NCBI GenBank assembly: GCA_048571215.1
Contig: CP182352.1
Span: 2,784,001 to 2,848,000, forward strand
DNA length: 64,000 nt
DNA from: Halarcobacter sp.
GTDB taxonomy: Bacteria > Campylobacterota > Campylobacteria > Campylobacterales > Arcobacteraceae
Reading direction: 5' to 3'
Made by a program: the position numbers and the translations under genes. Of the stretch, positions 19,672 through 29,999 are shown piece after piece. The notes beneath the pieces are model-generated. The model saw nothing but the letters and a program-made list of their open reading frames with translations, had not been told where the DNA came from and did no database searches. The number at the start of each line of letters is the position of its first letter. Positions within the stretch are counted from its first letter, which is position 1.

Positions 19672-20903
19672 TTTACAAACTCCTCTAAATTTTCACCACT
19701 ATAGTAAATTATATTTGCTTTTTTTATTTCTAAATCATAAAGTGCAACTTTTAATACACTTTGGGCATCATACTTTTCACTTAAAGCTTCAAGATATGAT
19801 ACATTATCCACTAAACCACTTTCATATTTTGCTTTTATTGCATCATATGCACTATTTGCTGCTTTTAATCCAGCTTTTGCTGACTTAATTTTTAATTTTC
19901 CAATATCAAAAGATTCTTTAGCTAATTTTAAATCAACTGAAGCTTTATTTTTTTCATATTCATATTGAGATTTTAAAGCTAAATATTGTTTATATGCTGC
20001 TTGATACTCTCTACTTGTTGCCCCAAAATCAAATATCTTCCATGAAAGATTTACTGAAGCAATATTTTGAGTATATTCATCATCATTACTAGCAAATGTA
20101 CTTGAATTAAAATTTGCGTCATTTCTTGTATATGTATCATTTATATTAATAGTAGGAAGTGTTCCACTTTTTGTTGCTTTTGCTGTTGCTAGTAATGCTT
20201 CTAATTTATATTCTAAAGCTTTAATATCTGCTCTTAACTGTTTTTTATCTGAGCTATATTCAGATACAACAGAACCTTTTTCTATAGATACAGATTTTCC
20301 CACTACATATTCTAAGTTGTGAGTTATAGTTAAAATATTTAATTCAATCTCATGTAAATCAACTTTTGCATTTTCAACTCTTGAAATGATTTTTTGTACT
20401 TCATCTTCTGTTGTAGTACCTGCATCCAAAAACCTTTTTAGTCTCACATATTGTGATTCTAATTGTTCTATCTCTTTTAGTTTTGCTTCTTTTTGTGCTT
20501 CTAATGATAAATAGTTAAAATAATAATTAATTACTTGAAGAGCAATCTCATTTTTTTGATTTACTAGATCATTTTTACCTTGTTTAATTGATGCTTCATA
20601 AGAATCAAAAACATTGTACTTTTTCCCTCCATCATAAATTACATAATCTACACTACCTTGTACTTTATTACTACTATGGGGAACTGAGGCTGTTTCCTTA
20701 TTTGTTCTTTGATAACTTGCACCAACGCTAAATTGAGGCAAATATGAGTTTTGAACACTTTTATAAGAATCTTTTGTACTCTCAATACTAATTCTTGAAG
20801 AGTCAATCATCTTATTATTCTTAGATAATTCAATTAATTGAGTTAAACTTTCACCAAATAAGGCAAAAGGAACAATTAAAAGAATAGCCATGCTTTTTTT
20901 CAT
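19668..20903 (-). CDS. TolC-family outer membrane efflux protein
   Basis: Signal peptide, YLPQFS/TLPTINI repeats, KYESG; operon context. Confidence 0.88.
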   Translation of the reverse strand: MKKSMAILLIVPFALFGESLTQLIELSKNNKMIDSSRISIESTKDSYKSVQNSYLPQFSVGASYQRTNKETASVPHSSNKVQGSVDYVIYDGGKKYNVFDSYEASIKQGKNDLVNQKNEIALQVINYYFNYLSLEAQKEAKLKEIEQLESQYVRLKRFLDAGTTTEDEVQKIISRVENAKVDLHEIELNILTITHNLEYVVGKSVSIEKGSVVSEYSSDKKQLRADIKALEYKLEALLATAKATKSGTLPTININDTYTRNDANFNSSTFASNDDEYTQNIASVNLSWKIFDFGATSREYQAAYKQYLALKSQYEYEKNKASVDLKLAKESFDIGKLKIKSAKAGLKAANSAYDAIKAKYESGLVDNVSYLEALSEKYDAQSVLKVALYDLEIKKANIIYYSGENLEEFVK

Positions 20904-20973
20904 TTTAAATCCTTATTATCTATATTATTAACTTTATAATCTTATTTTTATTATATAAAATATTATACACTAT

Positions 20974-21576
20974 TTAATTACATCTATTATTTTCTATTAA
21001 ATCAAAGATTGTATCAATATAACTATCTATCTCTTTTTTTGAGTTTGTACTAACTTTACAAGTTAATTGAGAAATAAATACTCCTGTACCTAATAAAAAA
21101 AGCCCACTTACAAGTTTTTGAGCTTCTGGTTTTAACTCTTTTTTCTCTATTCCCTCATCAAATATAGATTTGAACCATAAATAGTATTCTTCATTATGCC
21201 TAGTATGATAATCAATAATATCCTTTGTTGGTTCAGACAAAGAGATTGACAAAAACTCTTTATATAAATTTCTTAATTCATCATCTTCTTCTTCGTAAAA
21301 AATTTCTAAAAAAACTTTTACTTTTTCACGAGATGATTTTACACTATTAAGTTTTCCCTCTTTTATCATATTGTGTTTTAGTATTGATAAATTTATTATT
21401 TCAAAAACTAAATCATTTTTATTAGTAAAATAATCATAGAAACTACCTTTACTAATCCCTGCAAACTTTGCAAGTTTTGATATAGAGATTTTATTTATCC
21501 CTTCTTCAATCAAGATTTGTTTACATGAGAGTGCTATATCTTTTCTTTTTTGTATTTTATCTACTATAATTGCCAA
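20974..21576 (-). CDS. TetR/AcrR family regulator
   Basis: HTH ISKLAKFAGISKGSFYDYFTNK. Confidence 0.9.
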   Translation of the reverse strand: MAIIVDKIQKRKDIALSCKQILIEEGINKISISKLAKFAGISKGSFYDYFTNKNDLVFEIINLSILKHNMIKEGKLNSVKSSREKVKVFLEIFYEEEDDELRNLYKEFLSISLSEPTKDIIDYHTRHNEEYYLWFKSIFDEGIEKKELKPEAQKLVSGLFLLGTGVFISQLTCKVSTNSKKEIDSYIDTIFDLIENNRCN

Positions 21577-21593
21577 TAAAAATCCTAATTTAA

Positions 21594-21616
21594 AAATGAA
21601 CGACCGTCGGTCATTT
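21594..21616. promoter_or_regulatory. Putative TetR operator
   Basis: GC-rich near-perfect palindrome AAATGAACGACCGTCGGTCATTT 18 nt upstream of the TetR start. Confidence 0.7.
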
Positions 21617-21717
21617 ATTTGAAATAATACTAAAATAATATTAACAGTAGCTTAATAAAAAAATTGTTTCTAACATATTACAGTGATTTAATATAAAAAA
21701 ATTGTATAAATTAAGAG

Positions 21718-21792
21718 TGGATGGGGTAGCAGGATTCGAACCTGCGAATGACGATACCAAAAACCGTTGCCTTACCACTTGGCGATACCCCA
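21718..21792 (-). tRNA. tRNA-Gln(TTG)
   Basis: Cloverleaf TGGGGTATCGCCAAGTGGTAAGGC..., anticodon loop TTTTGGT, GTTCGAATCC, 3' CCA. Confidence 0.95.
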
Positions 21793-21831
21793 GATTATTA
21801 ATTGAAAATAAGTTTTAAATTTAAAAAATAG

Positions 21832-21908
<77 letters not shown>

Positions 21909-22094
21909 ATTTATAATTAAAGATTTAGTTTTAAATCTTTAGAGGTGAAAATTATAGACAATTTTTTCTTATATTTCCCTAAATATTTATTAAAATAGAT
22001 AAAGTGATATTCTTAATTTTTATTTTGTTAAATTTTACAAGAAGATAAAGATAACAAGAATTTCAAAATGAAATTTTCTTGTATCAGTATTAGG

Positions 22095-22250
22095 TTATTT
22101 ACAGTTAATGTGAGTTTTTAAAGCATTTAATACTTTAGAAGATATTGTGATACCTGCTTTGCTACATGCATCAAATATGTTTTCATTGTTTTGAATAAGT
22201 CTAATAAAAACTTTTTCTTTTTCTGTTAATTTTATATCAGTTATTGACAT
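22095..22250 (-). CDS. Small 51-aa hypothetical protein inside the tRNA cluster (below the ORF-track cutoff)
   Basis: SD AAGGA then ATG; MSITDIKLTEKEKVFIRLIQNNENIFDACSKAGITISSKVLNALKTHINCK*; hairpin downstream at about 22053-22082. Confidence 0.55.
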   Translation of the reverse strand: MSITDIKLTEKEKVFIRLIQNNENIFDACSKAGITISSKVLNALKTHINCK

Positions 22251-22323
22251 GTTTTTCCTTTCAATTTTTGGGATTTACTATTGATAGTTTAAAGAAGTTT
22301 GTTAAATTCTTAATATTAGTAAT

Positions 22324-22400
<77 letters not shown>

Positions 22401-22480
22401 TCCTGTTTAATTAGTACTGCTTTAACAGTAAAAATAGTTTAATTGATTTCTAAGTCTGAAAGAACTTCAATTTTTAAAAG

Positions 22481-22565
22481 TGGTGCGGATGAGAGGACTC
22501 GAACCTCCACACCGTGAGGCACCAGATCCTAAGTCTGGCGTGTCTACCAATTTCACCACATCCGC
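22481..22565 (-). tRNA. tRNA-Leu(TAG)
   Basis: CCAGA-CTTAGGA-TCTGG, long variable arm, CCA. Confidence 0.95.
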
Positions 22566-22632
22566 ATATAAGCGTCTTAAAAAAGACAAAAAAAAAGATT
22601 TAGTTGATTGGCCAACTAAAATCTTAAATAAA

Positions 22633-22709
<77 letters not shown>

Positions 22710-22721
22710 AATTATAAAAAA

Positions 22722-22799
22722 TGGGGTAAGTAATGGGATTCGAACCCACGGCCCTCTGAACCACAACCAGATGCTCTAACCAACTGAGCTATACCTACC
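22722..22799 (-). tRNA. tRNA-His(GTG)
   Basis: G-1, anticodon loop TTGTGGT, C73-CCA end. Confidence 0.95.
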
Positions 22800-22809
22800 A
22801 TATAAAAAA

Positions 22810-22887
22810 TGGTCGGGGCGAGAGGATTCGAACCTCCGGCCCCCTGGTCCCAAACCAGGTGCGCTAACCAGACTGCGCTACGCCCCG
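22810..22887 (-). tRNA. tRNA-Pro(TGG)
   Basis: CGGGGCGTAGCGCAG..., CCTGG-TTTGGGA-CCAGG; CCA. Confidence 0.95.
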
Positions 22888-22919
22888 AAACAGTCACTTC
22901 TTTTCAAAAAGTGGACGGA

Positions 22920-22948
22920 ATTATACTATGTTTTTATACTATTGTCAA
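22920..22948 (-). promoter_or_regulatory. Sigma70 promoter of the tRNA-Pro/His/Arg/Leu operon
   Basis: Perfect TTGACA-N17-TATAAT on the minus strand. Confidence 0.8.
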
Positions 22949-22991
22949 GAGCTTTTATATAAAAATAGAAATTTTATTTAAATTTCTATTT

Positions 22992-23771
22992 TTAAAATTG
23001 AATAAGCCCATCAACTGGCGAACTTGCAGTTGCATATGGTTTCTTAGGAATTCTTCCTGCTTTATATCCCATTCGACCAGCTATAACTGCATGTTTCATA
23101 GCTTCTGCCATCATAATTGGATCTTGTGCTTGAGCAATTGCAGTATTTGTAAGAACTGCTTCCGCTCCAAGTTCCATAGCAATAGCAGCATCACTTGCAC
23201 ATCCAACTCCTGCATCAACAATAACAGGAACCGATACTGCATCTTTTATAAATGCTACATTATATCTGTTTTGAATACCTAAACCACTTCCAATAGGTGC
23301 AGCAAGTGGCATAATCGCATCAGCTCCTGCATCTTCTAATCTTTTTGCAATAATTGGGTCATCATTTGTATATGCCATAATTGTGAAACCCTCTTTTTTT
23401 AGAATTTCACAAGCTTTAATAGTCTCAATAACATCAGGATATAAAGTTTTTTGAGCATCCCCAATAACTTCTAATTTAATTAAATCTATTCCAGTAGCTT
23501 CTCTCATAAGTCTAAAAGTAGTAATAGCTTCCTCTGCTGTAAAACACCCTGCACTATTTGGTAAAAGTTTTACATTTGTATCTTTAAAATAATCTAATAA
23601 ATTCTCTTCATTTGGATTTGTAATATTAACTCTTCTAATTGCAACAGTGATTAGCTCACTTCCACTTACTAGTGTTGCATCTTTTGTAGTTTGAAAATCT
23701 TTATATTTTCCAGAACCAACTATTAGTCGACTGTTAAACTCATATTTCCCAATTTTTAGAGTATCACTCAT
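22992..23771 (-). CDS. thiG: Thiazole synthase
   Basis: [35 protein letters not shown]. Confidence 0.96.
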   Translation of the reverse strand: MSDTLKIGKYEFNSRLIVGSGKYKDFQTTKDATLVSGSELITVAIRRVNITNPNEENLLDYFKDTNVKLLPNSAGCFTAEEAITTFRLMREATGIDLIKLEVIGDAQKTLYPDVIETIKACEILKKEGFTIMAYTNDDPIIAKRLEDAGADAIMPLAAPIGSGLGIQNRYNVAFIKDAVSVPVIVDAGVGCASDAAIAMELGAEAVLTNTAIAQAQDPIMMAEAMKHAVIAGRMGYKAGRIPKKPYATASSPVDGLIQF

Positions 23772-24079
23772 TTTATATTTTCTCCCATAAATTTTTTATA
23801 ATCATTACTTACATTTTTAATATCAATAGATATAATTTCCGGAACATCATAGCTATGTAATTCTTTAATTTTGCTTTTGATTTTTTTGAAATTTTCTTTT
23901 TTTGTTTTAATGCTAAGTAACACCTCATTATCTTCACAAAACTTCTCATCCCATTCATAAAAAGATAAGATTTTACTCATTTGAACACAAGCTGCAAGTT
24001 TTTTTTCAATAAGAGTTTTAGCTATCTTCTTAGCTTCCTGTTTATTGGCGCATGTTGTTTGTATAACTATTGGCTTCAT
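23768..24079 (-). CDS. cutA: Divalent-cation tolerance protein CutA
   Basis: [15 protein letters not shown]. Confidence 0.92.
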   Translation of the reverse strand: MKPIVIQTTCANKQEAKKIAKTLIEKKLAACVQMSKILSFYEWDEKFCEDNEVLLSIKTKKENFKKIKSKIKELHSYDVPEIISIDIKNVSNDYKKFMGENIK

Positions 24080-25476
24080 AACTTCTTAACCTCCTCTACT
24101 AAATCAGAAGGGATTAAAGAGTAATTGTTTTTTTTATAATTATTAGCAGCAAGAGTATGGGCTAGACTAGCACTTATTGCCGCATCTAAAGGTTTATACC
24201 CTTGGGCTAATAAAGATGCCACTAGACCACTTAAAACATCTCCACTGCCACCTTTGCTTAAAACTGCTGTTCCAAAACTATTTATAAAAATCTTTGCACC
24301 TTTTCCTATTAAAACATTTGCACCTTTTAATAATAAAACCACATTTGGATATTTTTGACAAAACTGTTTTACATAAAGGAATCTATTGTTTTGTAGCTCT
24401 TGTACACTAATTTGTGCTATATCACAAAGATTTAAAAGAGCACAAAATTCTTTTGGGTGAGGAGTTAAAACAACCTGCTTATCTAAAGCTTCTAAAACAA
24501 TATCTTCATAAAATAAATCTGCGTCAATTATTTTTGGTATATCATTTGCCAATATCTCTGAGATTTCATCTTTTTCATATTTTCCAAGTCCCATCCCAAT
24601 AGCTATTGCAGTACAATTATCTGATATATTGTGAGTATGCATAATATGGTAAGGTAAATCAACACACTCATGGCAAATTACACTTACAAGTCCTGCCCCA
24701 AAACCAAAAGCAGCCTTGGCTGCTATTACCCCAGCACCTTTTTTACATCCAATTACCACATTTAGATGTCCAAAACTTCCCTTGTGTGCATTTTTTTTAT
24801 CCCTTAAAGGTAGTTTCATATCTTCTTTATCTAATAAAAATATATTTGATGATATTTCATAAACTTCCCTTTGTACTCCAAGATTTGCTAATATTATCTC
24901 TCCTACAAAATCTTTTGCTATATCTGTATAGAGTGAGGTTTTTAAAGCACCCATTGTTATAGTTGTATCAGCAATAAAAGCGGTAGTTGTAATTTGACCT
25001 TCTGTATTTACACCACTTGGTATATCACAGGCTATTTTATAAGCATCTATCTCATTTAGTCTATTTATTAAATATTGCGTTAACTCATCTAAATCTTTAT
25101 TTAATCCACTTCCAAAAAGGCAATCAACAACTAAACTACAACTATCAAACTCATCTTTTTCAAAAGAATCACTCTCTTCAAGTCCAATTAACCTTGCTCT
25201 TTTTAGTTGTAGTTGTGCCATTGGGGATTTAACTTCATTTGGTATAAAAAGTTTTACATCATATTGTGGGAAAAGTAGTCTTGCTAAGGTTATACCATCA
25301 GCTCCATTGTTACCAACACCACAAGCTATCAATATAGAGCTTCCTTTATCAAAATTCTTTTCAATAAAATTTGCCATCTCAAAACTTGCGTGTTCCATTA
25401 GAAGATCTTCACTTAATTCAAACTTCTCATAACACCTTTTATCTAAAGAGTTAACTTCATAAAAAACTTTTTGCAT
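24076..25476 (-). CDS. nnr: Bifunctional NAD(P)H-hydrate epimerase/dehydratase
   Basis: GVGNNGADG, DIPSG, HKGSFG, TPHPKEF, GGSGDVLSG. Confidence 0.92.
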   Translation of the reverse strand: MQKVFYEVNSLDKRCYEKFELSEDLLMEHASFEMANFIEKNFDKGSSILIACGVGNNGADGITLARLLFPQYDVKLFIPNEVKSPMAQLQLKRARLIGLEESDSFEKDEFDSCSLVVDCLFGSGLNKDLDELTQYLINRLNEIDAYKIACDIPSGVNTEGQITTTAFIADTTITMGALKTSLYTDIAKDFVGEIILANLGVQREVYEISSNIFLLDKEDMKLPLRDKKNAHKGSFGHLNVVIGCKKGAGVIAAKAAFGFGAGLVSVICHECVDLPYHIMHTHNISDNCTAIAIGMGLGKYEKDEISEILANDIPKIIDADLFYEDIVLEALDKQVVLTPHPKEFCALLNLCDIAQISVQELQNNRFLYVKQFCQKYPNVVLLLKGANVLIGKGAKIFINSFGTAVLSKGGSGDVLSGLVASLLAQGYKPLDAAISASLAHTLAANNYKKNNYSLIPSDLVEEVKKL

Positions 25477-25487
25477 CTGACAAACTC

Positions 25488-25814
25488 CTATTTTTTAAAC
25501 TTCCAAGCCTCTTTTTGTAAAATCTCTTTTATTTTATCTTTTACATCACCTTGTAATTCTATCCACTCTTCTTTTATGGCACCACCACAAGCTAATTTTT
25601 TCTTTAGTAGTTTAAGTATATCTTTTTTATCATTATCATTTAGATAAAATCTTCCAACTAAAGTGACAGGTTTACCTTTTCTTTTTTCATAAGTAAATAC
25701 AAGTTGGTGTTGCTCTTTTGGTTTTATCTCAGTGTTTGTTTTTTTATTTTTTTTATCCTCTTTTGAGGTATCAAAATTATCTCCATCAAGTTTTGCACCC
25801 ATTTCAAATATCAT
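25488..25814 (-). CDS. SUI1/YciH translation initiation factor family protein
   Basis: RKGKPVTLV, LKKKLACGG, IELQGD. Confidence 0.88.
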   Translation of the reverse strand: MIFEMGAKLDGDNFDTSKEDKKNKKTNTEIKPKEQHQLVFTYEKRKGKPVTLVGRFYLNDNDKKDILKLLKKKLACGGAIKEEWIELQGDVKDKIKEILQKEAWKFKK

Positions 25815-25854
25815 AAAAACTCCTTTTATCCTTATAACAAACCCTAAAGGTGTA

Positions 25855-26850
25855 TTAAAATGCCTTTATTCTTGTTTGTATATCTATTTTATCTATTGTT
25901 ATAAAATCTTTTTGTTTGTATTGTTCTACTGCAACTCTTCCAATCATCGCTGCGTTATCACTACAATATTTTAATTGGCTTAGATATAATTTAATATTGT
26001 TTTTATTACACAACTCTTCTAAGGCAGTTCTTAACCTAATATTTGCACTTGCTCCACCAACTATTGCAAAGTTTTTAGGTACCTTTTTTTTGAATAGTTT
26101 TTTTATCTTTTGCATTATATGAGCTACTGCAGTTTTCTCAAAAGACGCACACACATCACATATATCCTCTTGTGTTAGTCCATCTTTTTCTAACTTTTCT
26201 ATTTGCATTCTAACTGCATTTTTAAGTCCAGAATAACTAAACTCTATATTTGGACTCTGTCTTAAAGGAATTGGAAAATCAAACCTATTTTCATCCCCTT
26301 TTAATGCTTTTTCTTGAACTATTGGACCACCAGGATATCCAAGATTCATCATCTTTGAAACCTTATCAAAACTTTCTCCAAAACTATCATCTAAAGTTGT
26401 TGCTAGCAAATTCATCTCTGTTAGAGAGTTTGCTTCTATTATCTGAGTATGTCCCCCTGATACAAGTAAAATTGTCATAGGAAACAGCTGCTCCTTTTCA
26501 ATAAAAAGAGAATATATATGACCTTTTAGATGATTTACCGCAATCAAAGGTAGATTTAGGCTCAAAGATAAAGCTTTTGCCATAGTAACACCCTCCATAA
26601 GGGTAACCGAAAGTCCAGGAGAGTTTGTAACAGCTATTGCTTTTAATTTAGGAAAATACTCTTCACACTCTTGTAATATTTTAGGTAAGGCTTCCACATG
26701 AAGTCTTGCAGCAAGTTCAGGAACCACTCCCCCATAAACACTATGTTGAAGCTCCTGAGATATTTTTTTATGATAAATTAATTTCTTGCTTTTTATTTCA
26801 GTTATTGCAATTGAACTATCATCACAACTACTCTCAATACTTAATATCAT
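25855..26850 (-). CDS. tsaD: tRNA threonylcarbamoyltransferase subunit TsaD
   Basis: [36 protein letters not shown]. Confidence 0.96.
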   Translation of the reverse strand: MILSIESSCDDSSIAITEIKSKKLIYHKKISQELQHSVYGGVVPELAARLHVEALPKILQECEEYFPKLKAIAVTNSPGLSVTLMEGVTMAKALSLSLNLPLIAVNHLKGHIYSLFIEKEQLFPMTILLVSGGHTQIIEANSLTEMNLLATTLDDSFGESFDKVSKMMNLGYPGGPIVQEKALKGDENRFDFPIPLRQSPNIEFSYSGLKNAVRMQIEKLEKDGLTQEDICDVCASFEKTAVAHIMQKIKKLFKKKVPKNFAIVGGASANIRLRTALEELCNKNNIKLYLSQLKYCSDNAAMIGRVAVEQYKQKDFITIDKIDIQTRIKAF

Positions 26851-27408
26851 CTATTGATTTTCCTCACACTCTTCTTCTTTGTTTATCCAATCTAAGGAAC
26901 AATCAAGTTTACCATAGCCTGAGGATGCATTTATATGCCCTGCTTCTTCTAAAAGTTTCATACCAATATTTAATTTACTTTGTAATCTAATTGCTTCTTC
27001 TACATTCATATAAGGATCGTTTGTTGAAGCTGCCATAATTATCTCTTTGGATTTTAAATCTTTTGGAAGAGGATAAGGGAAGAACTCTTTTATTTCTTCA
27101 ATTTTACAATCCATTCTAACTGGAGCAACTAACATGAGTTTATCTAATTTAATATCTATCTCTTCACATATATGAAACCATAAAATATTTGCCAAAGAGT
27201 GACAAACTATAACTGTTGGTTTAAAATGTTCAATCTCTTTTTTTACAAAAGTTTTCCACTCATCTAAATCTGGATTATCTCTATTAGGAAGAGAAGGGAA
27301 AGAAACTACACTATTTTGTTTTATCAAATCCCTTGCTAAATGTGCTTGCCAATGGGGATAGTCACTCCCACCTAATCCATGTAGTATTAAAACTCTCTTT
27401 TCTCTCAT
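26851..27408 (-). CDS. RBBP9/YdeN-family alpha/beta hydrolase
   Basis: LHG...HWQ, CHSLA, NDPY, AGHIN. Confidence 0.85.
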   Translation of the reverse strand: MREKRVLILHGLGGSDYPHWQAHLARDLIKQNSVVSFPSLPNRDNPDLDEWKTFVKKEIEHFKPTVIVCHSLANILWFHICEEIDIKLDKLMLVAPVRMDCKIEEIKEFFPYPLPKDLKSKEIIMAASTNDPYMNVEEAIRLQSKLNIGMKLLEEAGHINASSGYGKLDCSLDWINKEEECEENQ

Positions 27409-27843
27409 CTACTTCATACTCCTTACACATCTAAATAGTTTGTTTTTATGTCTGCTATCATAATATGGTGTACCACTTACAAAATACATATAATCAGCAT
27501 AAAACCAAAAAGTTCTCCAGTGTGCTTTGCTAGCCCAATACCCATCTGGAAGATTAAATCTAAAGGCTTTATTTATATAGTTTATCTCATTTTTTTTATC
27601 AACAATCAAAGCATACTCTTCTATATCAGGAAGTCTCCAATTTGAATAACCAGCATGGGATAGCTCTTTACAATACTCTGTTGCTTTTTCATGGCTTAGT
27701 CTTAGTTTTAAATTTGTTACATCATCAACCCACATAAGATTATTTTTATTATCTATTACAACTTTTAGATTTGCATCTCTTCTTAGGTTTGATGAAAATA
27801 AAAAACTTACAAATATAATACTTAGGAATAAATATCGCATCAT
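27409..27843 (-). CDS. DUF1566/Lcl-domain secreted protein
   Basis: Signal peptide, LMW...YC...GYSNWRLP...RCVR pattern. Confidence 0.75.
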   Translation of the reverse strand: MMRYLFLSIIFVSFLFSSNLRRDANLKVVIDNKNNLMWVDDVTNLKLRLSHEKATEYCKELSHAGYSNWRLPDIEEYALIVDKKNEINYINKAFRFNLPDGYWASKAHWRTFWFYADYMYFVSGTPYYDSRHKNKLFRCVRSMK

Positions 27844-28124
27844 TTATCCTTTATGTCGAATTTTCCTCTTTGTAAACTATTTTTTACACTCTGTTTATCT
27901 TCTAATATCTCTACTGTTATATTATACTCTTCTTTAAAAACTAATCCAACTAATTGCTTATAATTTTTATCATTTTTTTCATTATGTGTAGAGTTGTCTT
28001 TCCAATGTTCAAACTTTTTTTCATATAACTCTATTATATTTTTTTCAAATTTATTTCTTGTATAAATTAAATATATAACTAAAAATAAAAGTATCAAAAA
28101 AGGGATAAGAATATCAAGACTCAC
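27840..28124 (-). CDS. Hypothetical protein with N-terminal membrane anchor
   Basis: Overlaps neighbours in operon fashion; hydrophobic N-terminus. Confidence 0.7.
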   Translation of the reverse strand: MSLDILIPFLILLFLVIYLIYTRNKFEKNIIELYEKKFEHWKDNSTHNEKNDKNYKQLVGLVFKEEYNITVEILEDKQSVKNSLQRGKFDIKDK

Positions 28125-29181
28125 AATAAGCCCTCACTTCTTTATCTATTTCAAAAATATCTTCAATATTTTTTGCACTTGTATTATGAAATCTATTTAA
28201 AGCATCCATTGTGATTTTTGATATATCCAAAAATCCAATTTTTGAATTTAAAAACTTCTCAACAGCAACTTCATTTGCTGCATTTAAGACAACTCCCAAA
28301 TCAAGATTATTTAAAATCTCATCTTTTATTTCCCAAATTGGATATCGTGAGGTTTCAATTTTTCTAAACTCTAAACTTCCCGTTTCCAATAGATTTACAG
28401 GCTTTAAAATCTCCTCATCACATTTTCCTAAAATCGCATAAGCAATAGGTAATTGCATAGAAGCATTTGCAATATGTGCTGTTGTACTCCCATCAGTAAA
28501 ATTTATCAAAGCATGGATTAGGGATTTTGTTTCTATTATTGCATCAAGTTTTTTAATATCAAACAACCATGCAGCCTCTACTAATTCAAACATCTTATTT
28601 GTCATAGTTGCACTATCTATTGTAATTTTATTTCCCATAGACCAATTAGGATGGTTTAAAGCCTCTTTGATAGATACATTTTTTAACTGCCCCATTGGAT
28701 AATCTCTAAAGGAACCTCCACTTGCTGTTATTGTCATAGAATCTATTTTTTTATCTTGGAGTAGATACCATAATCCAAAGTGCTCACTATCTATTGGACT
28801 AAGTTTAGACTGGTCTAAAAATTTTCCTGCAACCACAAGGGACTCTTTATTTGCTAGGGCAATTTTTTTCCCACACTCTATAGCTTTTAAAGTTGGTTTT
28901 AAACCTAAAAATCCAACTAAAGAATTCACTACAGTTTTTGAATCTGATTGTTCAATCGCTTCTAAGATTGCTTCTTCTCCAAAACTTACATTTGAGTGAT
29001 TTGTTTTATTTATATCTTCACTATTTGCTATAACCACTTTTTTTGGATGGAATTCATTTATTTGTTCATTTAAAAGCTTAATATTTCTACCTGCTACTAA
29101 GACCTCAACATTTAAATTAAATTTTCTTGCAATATTTAGAGTATTTACCCCAATAGAACCTGTACTACCTAATACTATCAC
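28114..29181 (-). CDS. dxr: 1-deoxy-D-xylulose-5-phosphate reductoisomerase
   Basis: LGSTGSIG, LANKESLV, PIDSEH, HPNWSMGNKITIDSATM. Confidence 0.97.
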   Translation of the reverse strand: MIVLGSTGSIGVNTLNIARKFNLNVEVLVAGRNIKLLNEQINEFHPKKVVIANSEDINKTNHSNVSFGEEAILEAIEQSDSKTVVNSLVGFLGLKPTLKAIECGKKIALANKESLVVAGKFLDQSKLSPIDSEHFGLWYLLQDKKIDSMTITASGGSFRDYPMGQLKNVSIKEALNHPNWSMGNKITIDSATMTNKMFELVEAAWLFDIKKLDAIIETKSLIHALINFTDGSTTAHIANASMQLPIAYAILGKCDEEILKPVNLLETGSLEFRKIETSRYPIWEIKDEILNNLDLGVVLNAANEVAVEKFLNSKIGFLDISKITMDALNRFHNTSAKNIEDIFEIDKEVRAYCES

Positions 29182-29936
29182 ATCACTGCTCTTAAAATTA
29201 CTAACATAATAACTCCACCAAAAAGATATCCATCTGTTCTATCCAAAATCCCACCATGTCCCGGCAAAATATTTCCACTATCTTTTACATTTGCTTCTCT
29301 TTTTAAATAGCTTTCAAATAAATCTCCAAAAACAGAAGCTAGTGATACTACAATAGAGATAACAATTGCCCCAAATAAAGAGATATTATCTATGGCAAAA
29401 ATAATTCCTAGAATAGTAGCTACTACCACTCCACCTATTACACCCTCTATTGTTTTGTTTGGACTAGTTTCACAAAACTTGGTTTTACCAATTGCACGAC
29501 CAGTAAAATATGCTCCCACATCAGCCCCTGCAACTATCATAAGTAACCAAAGTAAAGAATAAACTGTAAACTCATTATAAAGTGCTAGTAAAAATAGAAA
29601 AGATGCAGTTGGATATAAAAGCACCATAAAAACTTTTTTATTTAAAGTTTTAGTATAAGCTAATACTGAAGCATAAACCACTGCTAATACAAATATCAAG
29701 TCTTCGGGACTTGGATAAAAATAAGCACAAAACCAAAGTACTCCACTATATAAATAGACCACATCACTTTTCATTTGATATAGTTTCATTGATTCATTGA
29801 TTGAGATAACCAATAGTGCTCCAAAAAGAAGCCACATAATAAAAAATGAGTCTACATAACCTATTAGTAAAACTGCTAATAGAAGTACTAAACCCGTTTT
29901 TATTCTTGTTGAACTTGATTTTATTATATCTGTCAT
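29178..29936 (-). CDS. cdsA: Phosphatidate cytidylyltransferase
   Basis: SPNKTIEG, GDLFESYLKR...KDSG...PGHGGILDR. Confidence 0.95.
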   Translation of the reverse strand: MTDIIKSSSTRIKTGLVLLLAVLLIGYVDSFFIMWLLFGALLVISINESMKLYQMKSDVVYLYSGVLWFCAYFYPSPEDLIFVLAVVYASVLAYTKTLNKKVFMVLLYPTASFLFLLALYNEFTVYSLLWLLMIVAGADVGAYFTGRAIGKTKFCETSPNKTIEGVIGGVVVATILGIIFAIDNISLFGAIVISIVVSLASVFGDLFESYLKREANVKDSGNILPGHGGILDRTDGYLFGGVIMLVILRAVM

Positions 29937-29999
29937 ATTAAATCCAATTTTTAGTATAAAGTTAGATTATACAAAAACTTGGCTTTTTTTATTATTTTA

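Noticed and set aside
22712..23282. ORFs 22712-22897(-) and 22809-23282(+)
   Set aside because: Shadow translations of tRNA genes and the antisense strand of thiG.
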